Below, one piece after another: positions 38,122 to 52,165 of a stretch of DNA of 64,000 nucleotides. Within the stretch, counting starts at the first letter, position 1, and every line of letters begins with the position of its first letter. Below the pieces are notes generated by a model. That model was not told the origin of the DNA. It worked only from the letters and a program-made list of their open reading frames with translations, and made no database searches. Source of the DNA: Thalia democratica (Eukaryota); NCBI GenBank assembly GCA_965202585.1, contig OZ241832.1, positions 30,070,001 to 30,134,000 on the forward strand. The letters are read 5' to 3'. A program made the translations under genes and the position numbers.

Positions 38122-41100
38122 CTGAATGAAAATTAGATGCTTACTAGTTTTTAAACTTGTTTGTGACTGTAAATAACGACAGTAAAGTTTGAAAAATTAT
38201 TTAACTTGTTAATAAATTCAACAGAAAAGTTTGATTGAATATTTTGAAAAAGCACTAACTGGCAAAATAGATATACTTATTTTTACCAATTTATGTTTAA
38301 CATCCGTATTTATGTGGCAAGTATGTTTTAAAAATCAGTCTCTAGTTTAATTTTTAATTTCGTAATTTAACCTTACTTATAAATCTTACAAACTTAAATG
38401 CAGTTATACTTTTTATATAAATACGGATGTTAAAGATAAATTGGTAAAAATAAGTATATGTCAGCTGCAAAGAATAACTGTAAATTCAAACATTCAAATA
38501 TTTCAATAGACTTAATACCATTTTATATAAAAACTTGATTAATTAAAGATTACATTCAAAATTAATAGTCAAACTTATTATTAATTTTGTGTGTTTTTAG
38601 TAAAAAAGTAAACCTAAATTAAAAAGCTGTCTTTATAAGTATAACAATGTTAAAAATATACTGTAAAGCTACTAGTAATTAAAAAAAAAACAATACAAAA
38701 TATTTTTTCTTATGATGATATTTCGTATTTAATGTAAATTTCTGTACCTAAAACAAATAGTATCAGGGTTCGTGCGCTAAATTTTTTTCATTTAGCCTGA
38801 CTGAGACCAATTTAGCCTGACATTTTTTCAAAGTAAGGAGAATCCCCTTTAGAAGTCACTTTAGGTACTGGGGAGTCTTGATTAGTACTATTGTAGTCTC
38901 CGACTTCAACCAGCTTTATCTCAAAAATATTTAGAGCTTTAAAAATCTGCAACAAGCAAATCATAGCTTAGTTACAACTCAATAAAATAAGAGACTAAAT
39001 TGTGAAAAAGGTTATTACCCCCCTATGCCCTTAACATAACAATTTCAGTGATAAGTTTTAAAATTAGTGTTATATCTAATCTATTGCTAGTTCAAAAATG
39101 TAATATATATTTCTAAACACAATTGTTAAATTTAATTAAGCACTAAGTAAAAACATTATAACCAGAAGATTTATAATAAAACGACGTGCATTGTCTCGTG
39201 TTTTATTAAAATCAAAAATGAAACACTTTCACCAGTATTAATATAAGTAAAAATGTTTATTATAGTATTTTGACTAATACTTAAAATTGATACATAATTA
39301 TAAATCCTGAACTCTAAATAAATACAGTGATTGTTGACGTCGTATCAGATTTAAAAAGCTTAAACTAAAATTAAAAAAAAAACCTTTAATATTTTGTTCT
39401 TGTAAAGAAAAATGAATTGTACCTAAAATTTGTACTCCCACAAAACTTAGTACTTAAGCTAAGTTTTAGTGTTGTGAATATCTCTAATAACTTTAAACAA
39501 ACAGTAAAATATATGAATAATCTGCTAAGAAATTTAATCTTAAATGTATTTGGTATAAAGCCTTTAAATTAGAAATTAAAACAGTTAAACCAACTAAGCT
39601 CTGAAAAACATAGCTGATGTAAACAAATTCAAACAAACAGCTAAGTTTGTTGAACTAAACTGTAATGTTTAAACTATATTTTTTTTATGAATCTTATAAT
39701 TATGACGTGAATAATCTACTAAAAACAAATAATGAAGATTCTTAGTTTTTTTTTAGAGATTCAACAAAAGGTGTTAAGCATTTATTTTTACAAATACTGA
39801 CTGATTTTGTCTTTAATAATTAAATCTTTATTTATAAATTAATTCACATTTCAATTTGATCTTAAAAAGATTTCTCAATTTTTTTAATCAAAAATTTTCA
39901 AGCATATGAACTGAGAAAAACTGAGATTCTCAAATTTTTAAATAAAAAAACTTATTTAGCCTGACGCGCACGAACCCTTTAGTATTAATTCCAGGTCTTT
40001 CCAGTTTTATTTTTATTTTTAAAACCCAGGTTTTTCTAGTTTTTTCTTTTGTCAAAATTGTCAAGTTACAGGTTTTTTAGGATTCGATGTTTTGTTTTGC
40101 AACCCTGGTACTATGTAAAAGTATTTTAAAAATCATTAAATTGTTATAAGTAAATTAAAGTTAAAATCAAAGCTATCATAATTGATTTTTTTTATACTAA
40201 AATAATTCAAATTATTTTACTTTGTTAAAATGCTTGGATTTACTATCTGTAGTTTATAACCAAGAGGTTATTTTAATAATTATACCAAGATAATTAAAGT
40301 ATTCATATAGTGGCATAAGCTTAAAGCATTAGGCAATGTTCATAATAATAATAACAAAATATATAACTCTATAATTTTGTTTAGCGATTTTAAGTGTTTT
40401 AGAAGGTTCAAACTTAGTTATAAATAATTACTAAACCAAATTATAATCAATTGTTTTTAATTCAATCGTTAAAATATAATTTTAGTGTAAACAATTTAAA
40501 GTAATATTTTTAGAAATAAGTTAATAATCAAACAACTATGCAAAATCTAACTTCCAAACATGAAATAAATGGTAACAAGTCATAGAAAATTATTTCCTTT
40601 AAAATCTAAAAATTAACAAATAATAAACTAAAAGTTAATAAGGTCATATACTCAAGTTGTTTAATGATAATTCTCAAGACCCATACTAACTTTAATTTGA
40701 AATAAAGCTTATACAATGTAAAATTTTTAACATTTTTTATTAATACCTCCAGTTATATAAAAGTCCATTATAACAAAAGCAAAATGAATAAGGTCTGAAT
40801 AGGAAATATAACAGTTTTTTTACTACAAAAAGTTATGACAATTTTTCTGGAATTTAGTAAAAAAATTATGACGCATAATCTTACAATTTTATTAATTTTA
40901 CTATTTTACTAAAATCTATTTAGTTATCTACAAGAACTATTGAAAAGGGTAGATTGAAAAATTTTTAGTTCACAAAAAATAAAATATACTGCAAAATGAA
41001 TTGTTGTCTCAAATTTATATAAAAACTGCATTATTTTCTAGAAGATGTATATCAATGAGAACAAAATTTATACATAAATAAACGTTTTTAAGTTCAGTAG

Positions 41101-44100
41101 TTATAAATAACTAAAGAAAAACTCAGTTATTTTAGGAACTGATTTATAGTTTTTCATTCACTCTTAATTCTCTTGTTGTTAGAAGATTTTAATGAAACGT
41201 AACTTAAACTTTAAACAAAAGGCTTGGTTTATTTGCGGTATATAAGAAGATGAGTAGATAAACATCTGTATATAAAAGATTTTTTTATCTAATGATCATA
41301 AAAAATAGATATCTTACTGTGAAACAACTAAGCCAAAGCATTAACAACTTAAACATAATCAGAATAAAAAATTTAAGTATAAAATGTATAAATTTTCTTC
41401 TAATAAAAATAACAGTAACTCTGAAAACCAGCATTATAAGTTGAAGAAACGAAAATGTATATTAGGTAAAACACACAATTTTGTTCAACAACTAAAGGCA
41501 TAGAGGGTCCACTTTGATTTTTACAATTTGATCTTATTCTGTAGAGTTTCATATTAGCTATCAGAAACTTTTAACAGCTTAAAAAATTCAAAGAAGAATC
41601 TGAGATAAAAGTCGGTGAGCTAAAAACTTTTCTAACAGAAGGCACAAACCAAAACACAAAAATACAACTTCACTATAAAAATATGTTCTCCTTTAGTTTT
41701 ATGCAATATTCTTCAAATTTTCACGATGAGTCTATTGCTAACATGTCAAGCCTTTTAAATGCAAAACAAAAACTTTAAAACATAATTAAATCACAAACAT
41801 TTTTCTTTTTTTTTATCTAAAATTTTAATTTGTTTTTTTTTTTTAACCTAACATTAAAAGTATAAAATGTTTCTAAAAAGTTCAAGGTCTCTAGCTCAAA
41901 AATAAAGGAGAAGATATATTTTATTTTTATTTAAATTTCAAATATTCGAAAAAACCGGCAAAAACATATTGGCTCAATACGTTTGTACCGTAAATAATTA
42001 TATCTCAGAATTTAACAAATTTTTTAAACTGTATAAACACTGACTTAGAGTTTATATTTCAAGCTTTCATATAAGAACCAATGTTAAATTTTGTAAAAAA
42101 AAATCTTAAGCTGAATTTTCATTGACAAACTAAATTGTTATTTTTTTATTGAATATTTATAACTGAACAACAAAATAAAAATTTAATTAAAAAATATTTA
42201 CCTTTTGAAGTTGCTTTTATTGATCTGTTGATAGCTGAAATTACACTATTTGAATACAAGATGAAATTTGGAACACTATCTTGTTTGGTTGTGACTAATT
42301 TATCATCGTTTGAGTTTAAACTGAAGTTTTTTGAGTGAACGCTTGCAACTTCTGCAAAAAAAAAACATTGAGAGCATTCAGAGAATTAAAACATTTTAGT
42401 TTGTAAATATATAATTTTTGCATGTTTAAATAATTGGTAAGTAACTATCAGTTCTTCAGACTTACTCAGATTTGTTTTACAAAATATTAATTGATTTACA
42501 AAATAATGTTTTTATTTACACCCTAATGTAAACTGTATGGGACCAAAAAAAATCAACCCTAGAGTTTTTAGCTGATTTTTTCTTAATGTGGCCAATCATC
42601 ACATAAACACATTGTGAAAAATTTAAGATGATTTAAAGAAAGTTTTATGGAGAAAATTCTTGATTTTTGTCAAACTTTATTGCTTTTTGTAAGTTATATA
42701 AAAATATCCAGTTATTTTTTTTCAAAAAATTGAGAAATGTCTTCATAAATTGTTTGTTAATCTTTTTAAATTGTGCACAATAATTATTTTATATTTTACC
42801 CTCATGTAAAAATATTCCAGCAAAAACTTTAAGGTTTTTTTTTGTTCTTATACAGTTTGAATTAGGTTGGTTTTCAGAAAATAGAATATCCCCAACGTGA
42901 GAATTTCTTCAAATAATCTAAAATGTTGCACAGGGTATTTTTTTCAATATGTATAAGCATCCTACTGTTAACCAACTTAGCATATTAATCCTAAGAAAAA
43001 CGTTAGTCAAGTTGTAATTTTCACAATCAAGTAGTAAAGAACTAAATAAAAAGAATTTTAGGTTACTTTAAAATATTTACTTAGTGTTTGAGTTAATTTC
43101 ATTATTTGAAAGAGTTCCTTTAGGATTTTGAAAAATAAATTTATCATTTGTGTGGATGCTAGCTTTAGTTTTTTCATCAACATTATCATCTAAAAGGTAA
43201 ACAAAATATTTTAAGAAAGAAGAAAAACCAAGATGAAACATGGAATATTTATTTTTTATAATGTATTTGATTAAGAAAATTAACAGAAGTACTTTATTTT
43301 TTACCTTTACTTATACCTTGTCTTGAAGTGTTGTCAATCATATTTGAGTTTTCATCATTAATACACAACTCATCTGGTTCGATTTTGATTGATTCAACAT
43401 TTATTGTGTTTGAAGTTTGGCTGTTTGAACTTGAGTTCCCACCTTCTGTTTAAGTAAATATGTAAAAAAAAATTCTATACAAATTAAGTTAAACTTTCAA
43501 ACTTACCAGTCCTGTTCTCAGGAGACTTATCAAAATATTGCAGCAACTTTTTATTATTTGATGTAACTTCATTTACTTTTTGTGGCTGTATTGTGCTATC
43601 TACAAAAAACATATAGTTTTATAATGAACTTTTTTCAATTAGTATAATTTACTTTACCATTCTGATTTTTGTTTGATGTTTCATCTTTTTCTGTTATATG
43701 ATCAAAGAATGTGCTTCTATTGATATTTTTTAATCTAAAACAGTTAATATTAAAATATAAAGGATAATTATGTTTGATAATTAATTTATTAAAAACTGCA
43801 CACTTTTGATATCCAGTAATAATAATAATGATAAGAATAAAGTAATAATAGTAATAATTAATAACTATGTAAATTAAATATTTCAACATCTCAATAAACA
43901 AAATACAGAAAAGTGACATTTAGGTATAGGCCAAAATATGTTTCATGATAATAGCAATTTATTTATTAAAACCTTAAATAAAAGTAAAAAGCTGTGGAAG
44001 TATAAAACCTTACTTTGAATCTTTTAACTTGATTTTTTCTAATGCATAAATTTTGTCTAATAATTCAACATTTGCTTCAGCCATCATTCTTTTTTCAATT

Positions 44101-45387
44101 TCTAAACTGTGATAATTTTATTTTTTAAAACCTAAACATTATAACCTAAGGAGTTATACTTTTTTTCAATATCATTATAAATTATTTTTTCTCAATCTTT
44201 AAGTATTATAGTAATTTTTGTAAAAATAACATTCTAAATAATAGTAGTTACAATAATTTTTTTTTTCTTACTTATTAACTTTTTGCAACAATTCAATGTT
44301 TTTATCAGCCAGATTTTTGTTTTCCGAGCTTTGCTTTTCAATAAGCTGCATCAAGCAAGACATCAGAAACTCAGCTTGGTTTAAGTCTTAAAAAAATATA
44401 CAATCACTTGAAGTTTGGTGAAAAACAAAATACAAAGTATACATAAAATTTAATATATTAAAATATATAATAATTGGTCATCAATCAAAATTAAACCAAA
44501 ATTACGAAACTATCACTATTTGATAAACAACTATATTATTTGTGTAAATACTAGCTCTAGTTTTTTATATGCCTTTACAGCAGGGTTTCCGAAAGTGGGC
44601 AAAGTGGTCTCCTTGGGGGCCATTAAAAAAGTTTAGGGAGCCCTACGGTCATGATTTGAAACTTACATTGGATATTCTGGAGTTAATGATAAGTAGCAAA
44701 AAAAAGAAGGTCTTCGAAGTTTTTGGGGTAGTTTTTAGCAGTCTTTTAAAGGAGGCTTTTGGAAAAAGTTTGGGAAACCCTGCTGTAAAGTATATTTTTT
44801 GATTGGAAATCATAAATTATCTAAACGACAGGTTTCATTTTATCTTTTGTAGTAAATATTATCATTTAAAAGTTAAACAAACAAAAAAAAAGAAGAACAA
44901 ACATGATATACTTATTTCTAATAACATACTTGTTTAAAATAAAATGTAAAAATTTTATTTATACCTTGCTTTGAACTGTTGCAACTCATATTTGAACTTT
45001 CATCATTAATACACAACTCATCTGGCTCAACTTTTATTGATTCAACATTTATTATATTTAAAGTTTGGTTGTTAAAACTTGAGTTCCCACCTTCGGTTTA
45101 CATAAGTTTGTAAATGAAATTCTAAACTAATCAAGTTGAACTTTCAAACTTACTAGTCCTGCTTTCAGGAGATTTGTCAAAACGTTGCAGCAAATTATTA
45201 TTATTAGGTGTAACTTCATTTCCTTTTGGTGGATTGTTATCTGAACAATGAAAACTTTCTGCTTCAGCCAGATTTTTATTTTCCCTTTCCAAACTGCAGT
45301 TCTTGACTCGTAAAATTTTATTTTCTGAGCTTTGCAATTCAATAAGCTGTTTCAAGCGAGTCATCAGAAACTCAGCTTGGTTGAAAC
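37361..45387 (-). CDS. Gene B: paralogous coiled-coil/linker module spliced to a tandem TAFH-like terminal exon (putative chimeric gene; 5' end unresolved)
   Basis: Exons 45387-45154, 45093(or 45090)-44965, 44386-44272, 44106-44014, 43734-43658, 43599-43507, 43445-43317, 42351-42202, 38121-37361; no stops, phases match gene A. Two acceptors are mutated and need in-frame cryptic AGs. Confidence 0.6.
38764..39979. mobile_element. hAT-type non-autonomous element, copy-B-specific
   Basis: TIR CAGGGTTCGTGCGC / GCGCACGAACCCT; TAGTAT on both flanks; subterminal TTTAGCCTGA repeats; empty site at ~17685 in copy A; contains a truncated Kolobok-like end at ~38860-39035. Confidence 0.78.
44581..44782. 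mobile_element. hAT-type MITE, copy-B-specific
   Basis: CAGGGTTTCCGAAA / TTTGGGAAACCCTG; flanks CTTTACAG and CTGTAAAG; absent at ~26200 in copy A. Confidence 0.75.
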
Positions 45388-48300
45388 CTTAAGAAAATAT
45401 ATTTACTATCAACCACTTGAAGTTCGGTAAAAATTACAATGTTTTTATTAAAATTTAATTGTAGGTCATAATTTATGAACTTTTTACTAATCCACCAACA
45501 GCCTTTTACTGCTTTACGAAACTCTTAGTTATTTTTGAGAATCAAAGTAAAGTAGCTCAATTGAAATACTTTATGGAAAAAACGATTAAAATAAACTTTA
45601 AACTACTCAATTTATAGTCCATCTTCTTCCCTAGTTATAGGGTATAAATTTTAAACTAATTTAGTCTAGTTTTTACTAAAAGAAAATATTAATTTATTAT
45701 TCTTTATCTTTAGTAGATTAATTTTTTTCTTACAAAAATATCATAGTTTTAATTTTACCAACTAAGAACTGTTTTTTATATTTATACTAAGAATATATAT
45801 GACTAAGTAAAACATAAGATAATTTTCCTAAAAACTTAACATATTAAGCTCCAAAACAAAAAAGAAATGTATTTTTATTAATAATCAGTTCTTTGAATTT
45901 AAAAATTTTTGCTAGTAAAAATTCTATAAGCTACTTACCAGTTTTAATAACAAAAACAAAGAAAAAGCCAACTATAAAAGATACATTTTAACTATATTTA
46001 CAATTTTTCAATAATTTGTATAAATAAAACTAACTTTCATTTAACACCTTGCTATTTCCAATTTGATCCATTTTAAAACTAATAACTTATTAATTATTGT
46101 TTAATAATTCCTTTTCTGTTAAAGAATAATTTTAGTACATTATTGAATAGTAAATTTTGTAATGATGTCCAAAGTTCTCAAAAGGAGAGTAAGCAAAAAA
46201 AAGGTGATTTTAATAAAATTTGTATGGAATTAGTTTAGAAAAAAACTAACCATAAAATATAACTGTAAAATTGTACATAAAGAGTAATTTTGATTTGTTA
46301 AATAAATAATATATAATGTAAAGTAAATTTGCTTAAATTACAATTCTATTTTATCTCAAAAGTATACAAAATTTAAGAAAATGAGAAAATACAGTTTTAC
46401 CATTTTCGACTTATATTTTTCATAATATAATACAAAAAAAAGCTTAAACAATTACAAATTAAGGTCATAGAAAAGGGGTAATATTAGAGTTTTACAAAAT
46501 TTAATATTTTCTCTTACTATTTTTTTTCCTTAAATGTATAACTATAAACTACAAGTGAGTTTTTAGGAATAAATCTTTTTTTTTTAATTTTTAGATACAG
46601 ATACTTTCACAAAAAGCCACACCTGACAGTTTTCTGGAAATTTCTTAAATCACTCAAAGTCTATACTATTTCTAAAATAAAAACTTGAAACTTTCAGAAA
46701 ACATTTCTTCAATAGTTTAAAAGTTAATTTTAAGTGTTGGAATTTCTAAAAAAGAAAAAGTAAGTTTTTGACAACAAACTTTTGATGAAAAATGCAAGAA
46801 TTCCTGCATTAATATATTATATTATAAGTAGATAAACAACTAACAGTAAAAATTTGACAAAAATGGTTAAAAAATTAAAAAGATAGATTTTTAGTTTTTT
46901 TTCTTTGTTCTTTATATTTTGCTTCTTTCTTAAGAAACCTAATTAATCACACTAAATTAGATTACATATACTTTAAGAGTTACTTTGCATTTTGCAAGTG
47001 TTAAAAAGTATCTGGTAGCTAAAAAGGAGCTAAAAAAATTCAAATCATCTTTTAAATAACAAAGTGAGCTTCATATATTGTAAAAATTTAACAGTAAAAA
47101 GTAATTATTTATGTTGAAAACTGAAGTATGTTTAATTTTTAAACTTATAAAGCCTGTTTAAATTATCAAACTAAAATATTTTTCAATTGAAAATATTTAA
47201 TGAACATTGTTTTTAAAACTTTTCTATGTTTAAAGTAGACCACTTGTATAGATAAAATAAGAAAGCAAATAACAATTAATAATTCTGAATTTGAGTTAAC
47301 TGTTTAAATTTTTAAAACATGTTCTAATACATCACAGTAAAACATTTATTGTTTAATATGTTAAATCAAATGGCATTAGCTACAATGATAATTTTTAAAA
47401 TTAACATAAAATATCATTAAATTTAAAATTATGAAAATAAAGTTTTTTAAAATAGTTAAACAATATACAGCCACCAACATAATCAGCAACAAAACTTAAA
47501 ACAACACCCATGGCATAATAGTTTGTACTAAGGCAAGTAAGATAAAATTTAACCTTAAAATCAAAAATTATTAAATTAAAGTATAGTATAGTTTACTACA
47601 ACTATTAATTGGATTTACATTTTAAGTACTACACACATACACATTAAAAACATAGTTAACATTATTTATGTATAATTTACTAGGCTGTTGGGTAAAAGTA
47701 TAACCCTGTAAAATGAAGGAATGCAAAAATTAACAAACTTGGTTGGTTGTAACATAATTTGCTAATTGCTATTTGATACCAACTGCTACATTTCTTTTAT
47801 TACTATGAACAAAAAATTGAGTGTTCATATTAAAAAATCATGCACAAAATTATATTATTAATAACTTTCTGCTTAAGAAAGTATTTAAATAGAATCAAAA
47901 CTTTTATGCATGAATTAAACTAAGCAAATTTATTTCAAAAATATTTCAACTGATATGAGTATTAACTAGTAGAACTTTGAATTATAGATAACTAGATAAC
48001 TAGATAACAGAGTCACCACTTTGAGTCAAAATAAAAACTGCCCTGAGTCATCCTTAGTTTTTTAATCCTTAAAAATAAATTTTGCCTTATGCTCATTTCT
48101 TTTTGACAAAAAAAGGAAAGTAGTGTGTGTATGCTCCCTAAACTAATGAGGAAATTTTTAAAGATTCAACTTTTATAGTTTAAATCGATTGAGATTTAAA
48201 GACATAATTTTGGATGATTTTATATAACCATGTTAGTTGAATTTTAATATATATATATATTGAAAAAAATTAGAATTTTTTTTTGACATTGTAATTGACT

Positions 48301-51300
48301 TACTTAAATCTTACCATATAAAGTGCTCACTTGCACAAATAAACTTAAATCATGATAAATATTTATGTTAGATAAAAAAATATTACAATTTAGTTTTTAA
48401 GTAAATTGAAAAACTAACCACAAGGCAAGAAAATTTTACTTTAATGAGTATGAAAAACATCATACTCACTTTTTCCTCTACAAATTTTTTGAAGGTGAAA
48501 CAAACAAGCTGTCATCACCTGTAATTCTACCTGCCCCCTTATAATTAACATTAAACTAACCATAAAAACTAAAATAAAACTATCTGTTTAAGTAAAAAAA
48601 AACACTAACAAGGTTAAAATTTCAACACTAAAAATTACAAAGTGTGGGAAAGTCATAAAGCTGAAATCCTAAAGTAAAAATCCGCCACTACAATAAAAAC
48701 ACATCAACAATCGGATTAAGTTGTCACTGCCACCAGTGTAAACTAACAATCATCAGTTACAAATTCAAATAAACAAAAATATAAGTAAAATTGTCAAGTT
48801 CTACAAAAACATTGAGAAATTAAGAAAATAATGAAAATAAAAGAAGAAAATAAAAATAGTAGTAATAAATTAAAGTTATCATTTGTAGTAAAAAGTTAAA
48901 TTGATTAAAAAAATGCAATAGTACTTGAAAAGTTTGTTACTAATACCCTAATACAATAGTCAAAAAAAAAATTTATTATTATTTTACTTCAAACTCTAAC
49001 TTAAAGTAAAAAATGGTCAAATAAAAAGTTAAATCAACTATCTTGAAATCCAACAAAGTAACAAAACAAAATACTTAGAATAAAATATTCAAAATCAACA
49101 TTTATTTAATATAACTATAATTATAAATAATAATAATATTTATTTAATGTTCATAAATAATAACTATAATATAATATTTTTTAACTCTTTTACATTCACT
49201 CTTTTATAAACCAGACAATCTTAAAATAAAAGACCCAGCACAACATGGTGTACCTATAACATGCAAAATACCTAAAGCAATTTAGGCCAATTCTTGTTCT
49301 AGGTCTTTCGGTTGAAAATTTTAATTTCATTGAAAACTTTGTATTATGAGAATAGAATAGCAAGTGTAAACCTATTGCGTTCCAAATCAAACACTGTTAA
49401 AGTATTACCCATCGTGTTACAATTTTCAGTTTATAAACATCATTAAATTTTAACATTTTTTTTAACAGAGGGTTTGTTGTGGTCAAATCAACAAACATAC
49501 CTGATTACTCTTTTTTGCCTACAAAAGATTGGTTTCAAATAACAGTCAGTAGCACAAATTTATTTATAAAAACTTCAAAATCAGTAAAAACCATGTTTTT
49601 GAACAAAATTAATAATATTAAGTAAAAAATATTGAAGCTGGATCAACTTGTTCTTATTCTAGATCTAGAACAAATCAGTCCTGAGATTTTTTTTTAATCT
49701 TAAAACTATCCTAGAAATTTTTTAAAAAATCAACATGGTCTAAAGTCATCCTTAGTTTTTTAAAAATCTAAATATTCTGAGTTATTCCAAGTACCCAGAG
49801 TGTGAGGAGACCCAAATAAAAGAAGTAAAATTTGTCAAATAAAAGCTAAAACAAACAAAAAATACAAACTCAATCTCTGAAACTGAATATGGACACTAGC
49901 ACTGTCTGCAGGAAGGTTGTGGCTCGAATCTCACTGCTCAAAAACGGATCAGTATAATTTAATAAACAATAAAAAGAACTAATTTTGTTTTTTTTTATAA
50001 CTACTAATACTTATTCAAAAAAAACTTAATTAATAAGTTGAAAATACTTCATGTAAAAAAAAGTTTTGTTTAAAAAATATTTAATTTACATTTTAATTGA
50101 ACTTTAATGAATTTTAAAACATTACATGGTTTTTGTACAATAAAATTATATTTTATATTATAAATTTCACAATAAACATGTGTCAGATGTTTTTGATTGA
50201 CTCTACTTTTGCTCTTAACTTTCTCTAACTCTAACTTTAGTTGTATCAGATAAATTTCAAAACGTTTTTCATTAAGTGTCCAAGACAATGCTAACCCTTT
50301 TGTTCAGAGAGTAAACAATTACATTTTTAGTAAGAACTTTTTTTTTGTCATAAAGAAAATATTCCTCCTATGTTTTTGAAAAAATGAACAAACGCAGACT
50401 TTTTTTTCACATGTACTTTTGAATTATTCAAAACATTTTCAAGTTAAACAAGGCTTATCAAAATAAAAGCTACATCAGTATTTGCACTCTCTCATTGAGG
50501 GCATCAAAAGTTTTAAATTCAAGTGTCATTTTGTTACTGAACTATATTTATTTATAACTGTTATGTTAACAAACAATTGTAAAGCTTTATAATGTTTTGA
50601 TTCTCAAACAAAATGTTGCTTTTTAGGTGAATAACCAAAACTACTTATAGTTTTAAAATTTTTTCTTGTCAGGGTTGCCAAAGGTTTTTCGTAAACTTCT
50701 TTCAGGTTTTCTGAATTTAAAAAAAGATTTCAAAAAACAATTTTTTTTTTATTAATACTAAACTGAAACAAATTATTTGTGAAATATAATTTTTTTAAGA
50801 TAATGTAAAGCTACTTTTAATGTGTTTATTAATAAAAAAGTATATATGGTACAAACATTTTTATCGTTAAGATAGATTTTCTTATCCAATTAAAGTTATT
50901 TTATGTTATATGTAAACTTAATATTAAGTTTTTTAGTTATTTTTGATCAAAGTTCAAGGTTTTTTTTCAAAATTTCACAAATTCAAGGTTTTTCAAAGTT
51001 TTCAGGTTTTTCAGCAACTTACCTCTTAGCTGAAGTTTGCTGACCTTTTAATTAGAAACTATAAATATAAAAAATGTTAATCATAGTTTTTTTAAGACTT
51101 CAGTATTTTAATAAAGCTAAAGTTTTTTTTATTTCTTTCGCTCATAGACCAATAATTTAAAAAGGTAAATTTTAGTTAAAATTTGATAATATGTTAACTA
51201 ATTTGTTTACTAAAGTATTAAATGGAAGATTTATCGATATTTGTTATTCTAATATTTCCAAAAAAAATAACACAATTTCGCAGTTAAGAAAAACAATTAT

Positions 51301-51418
51301 AGTAAGTTTTAAATTCTAAATCTTCACAAACAAGTTCTTCAGAGCTCTAGGAATCGGCTGTTTAAATATTAAAACGGTTCAACAAGTTTTTATACTTTAT
51401 TTTTGTTTCGAAAAACTA

Positions 51419-52165
51419 CAGTAGACTACCGCTTAAGTACGCACTTTTTTTGGTACGCACTTATCCAGAAAGACAAAATCGAGAATCCATTCTCATTTCA
51501 GCATTGAAAACCCTAAGAAGTTCCCTCATATTATCTCATATGTTGACTTTGGTGGTGCGACTTTACCTTTATCCTTAGACTTGTTCCATAGAGTCATTTT
51601 CTGACGCTTTTCTCCATTTCTCCATCCATTTTTCTAAACTTCTCTAAATTTTTCTAAAATTTCTAAATTTTTTTTTATTCAAAAACTTTCAGAATATTTG
51701 CAAAGGAAAGGCTAATATTAATGTGACATAATATCAAACTACTTAACCACAAAAACTAGTTACTAATTTTATAAAGTCAAAATAAACATGTAAAAAGAAA
51801 CAACAGCAACAAAAAAGTAAAGTTAAAAAAAATTAATGAGCATCTTATTATTATGCACTTATACTATAAATGTTTCTACTGATATAAACTTTCTTACAAA
51901 AACAGTCCTGAAACGTTTTTCTTTCAAAAAAAAAATGAAACACTTTTTAGCTAATGGAAAATTAAAATAAATGTATTACTTTTTTATTTTATTTAAATTA
52001 AAAAGACTTGTTTATTTGGCTTAATTATTTGGTGGCTAGTTGTAAGAAAGAAAACAAACAACTAAATTTCATATTATACTATGTCGTCAAAAAGTACGCA
52101 CTACCCGTGCTAAGTACGCACTTTTTGGTCGGGTTCAATTTGCGTACTTAAGCGGTAGTCTACTG
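51419..52165. mobile_element. Tc1/mariner (pogo/Tigger-like) MITE with perfect 25-bp TIRs
   Basis: CAGTAGACTACCGCTTAAGTACGCA / TGCGTACTTAAGCGGTAGTCTACTG, TA on both sides; absent at ~29955 in copy A. Confidence 0.9.

Larger units (their letters stand above)
17520..38520. repeat. Tandem segmental duplication, copy A (includes ~4.6 kb MULE/Penelope insert)
   Basis: Collinear similarity to copy B in introns and exons: 17529~38621, 23063~42202, 26568~45154, 27470~46048, 28322~49501, 30513~52636, 37361~53774, 38458~54811. Confidence 0.88.

Noticed and set aside
49196-49390. 64-aa ORF (ERPRTRIGLNCFRYF) resembling a non-LTR retrotransposon 3' end within the B-specific insert
   Set aside because: Too short and degenerate to call; needs a RepeatMasker or Dfam search.
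50070-50288. 72-aa ORF and neighbouring exon-like blocks (28020-28180/46580-46750; 29870-29960)
   Set aside because: Frameshifted in the paralogue or containing in-frame stops in both copies; at most UTR or decayed exons.
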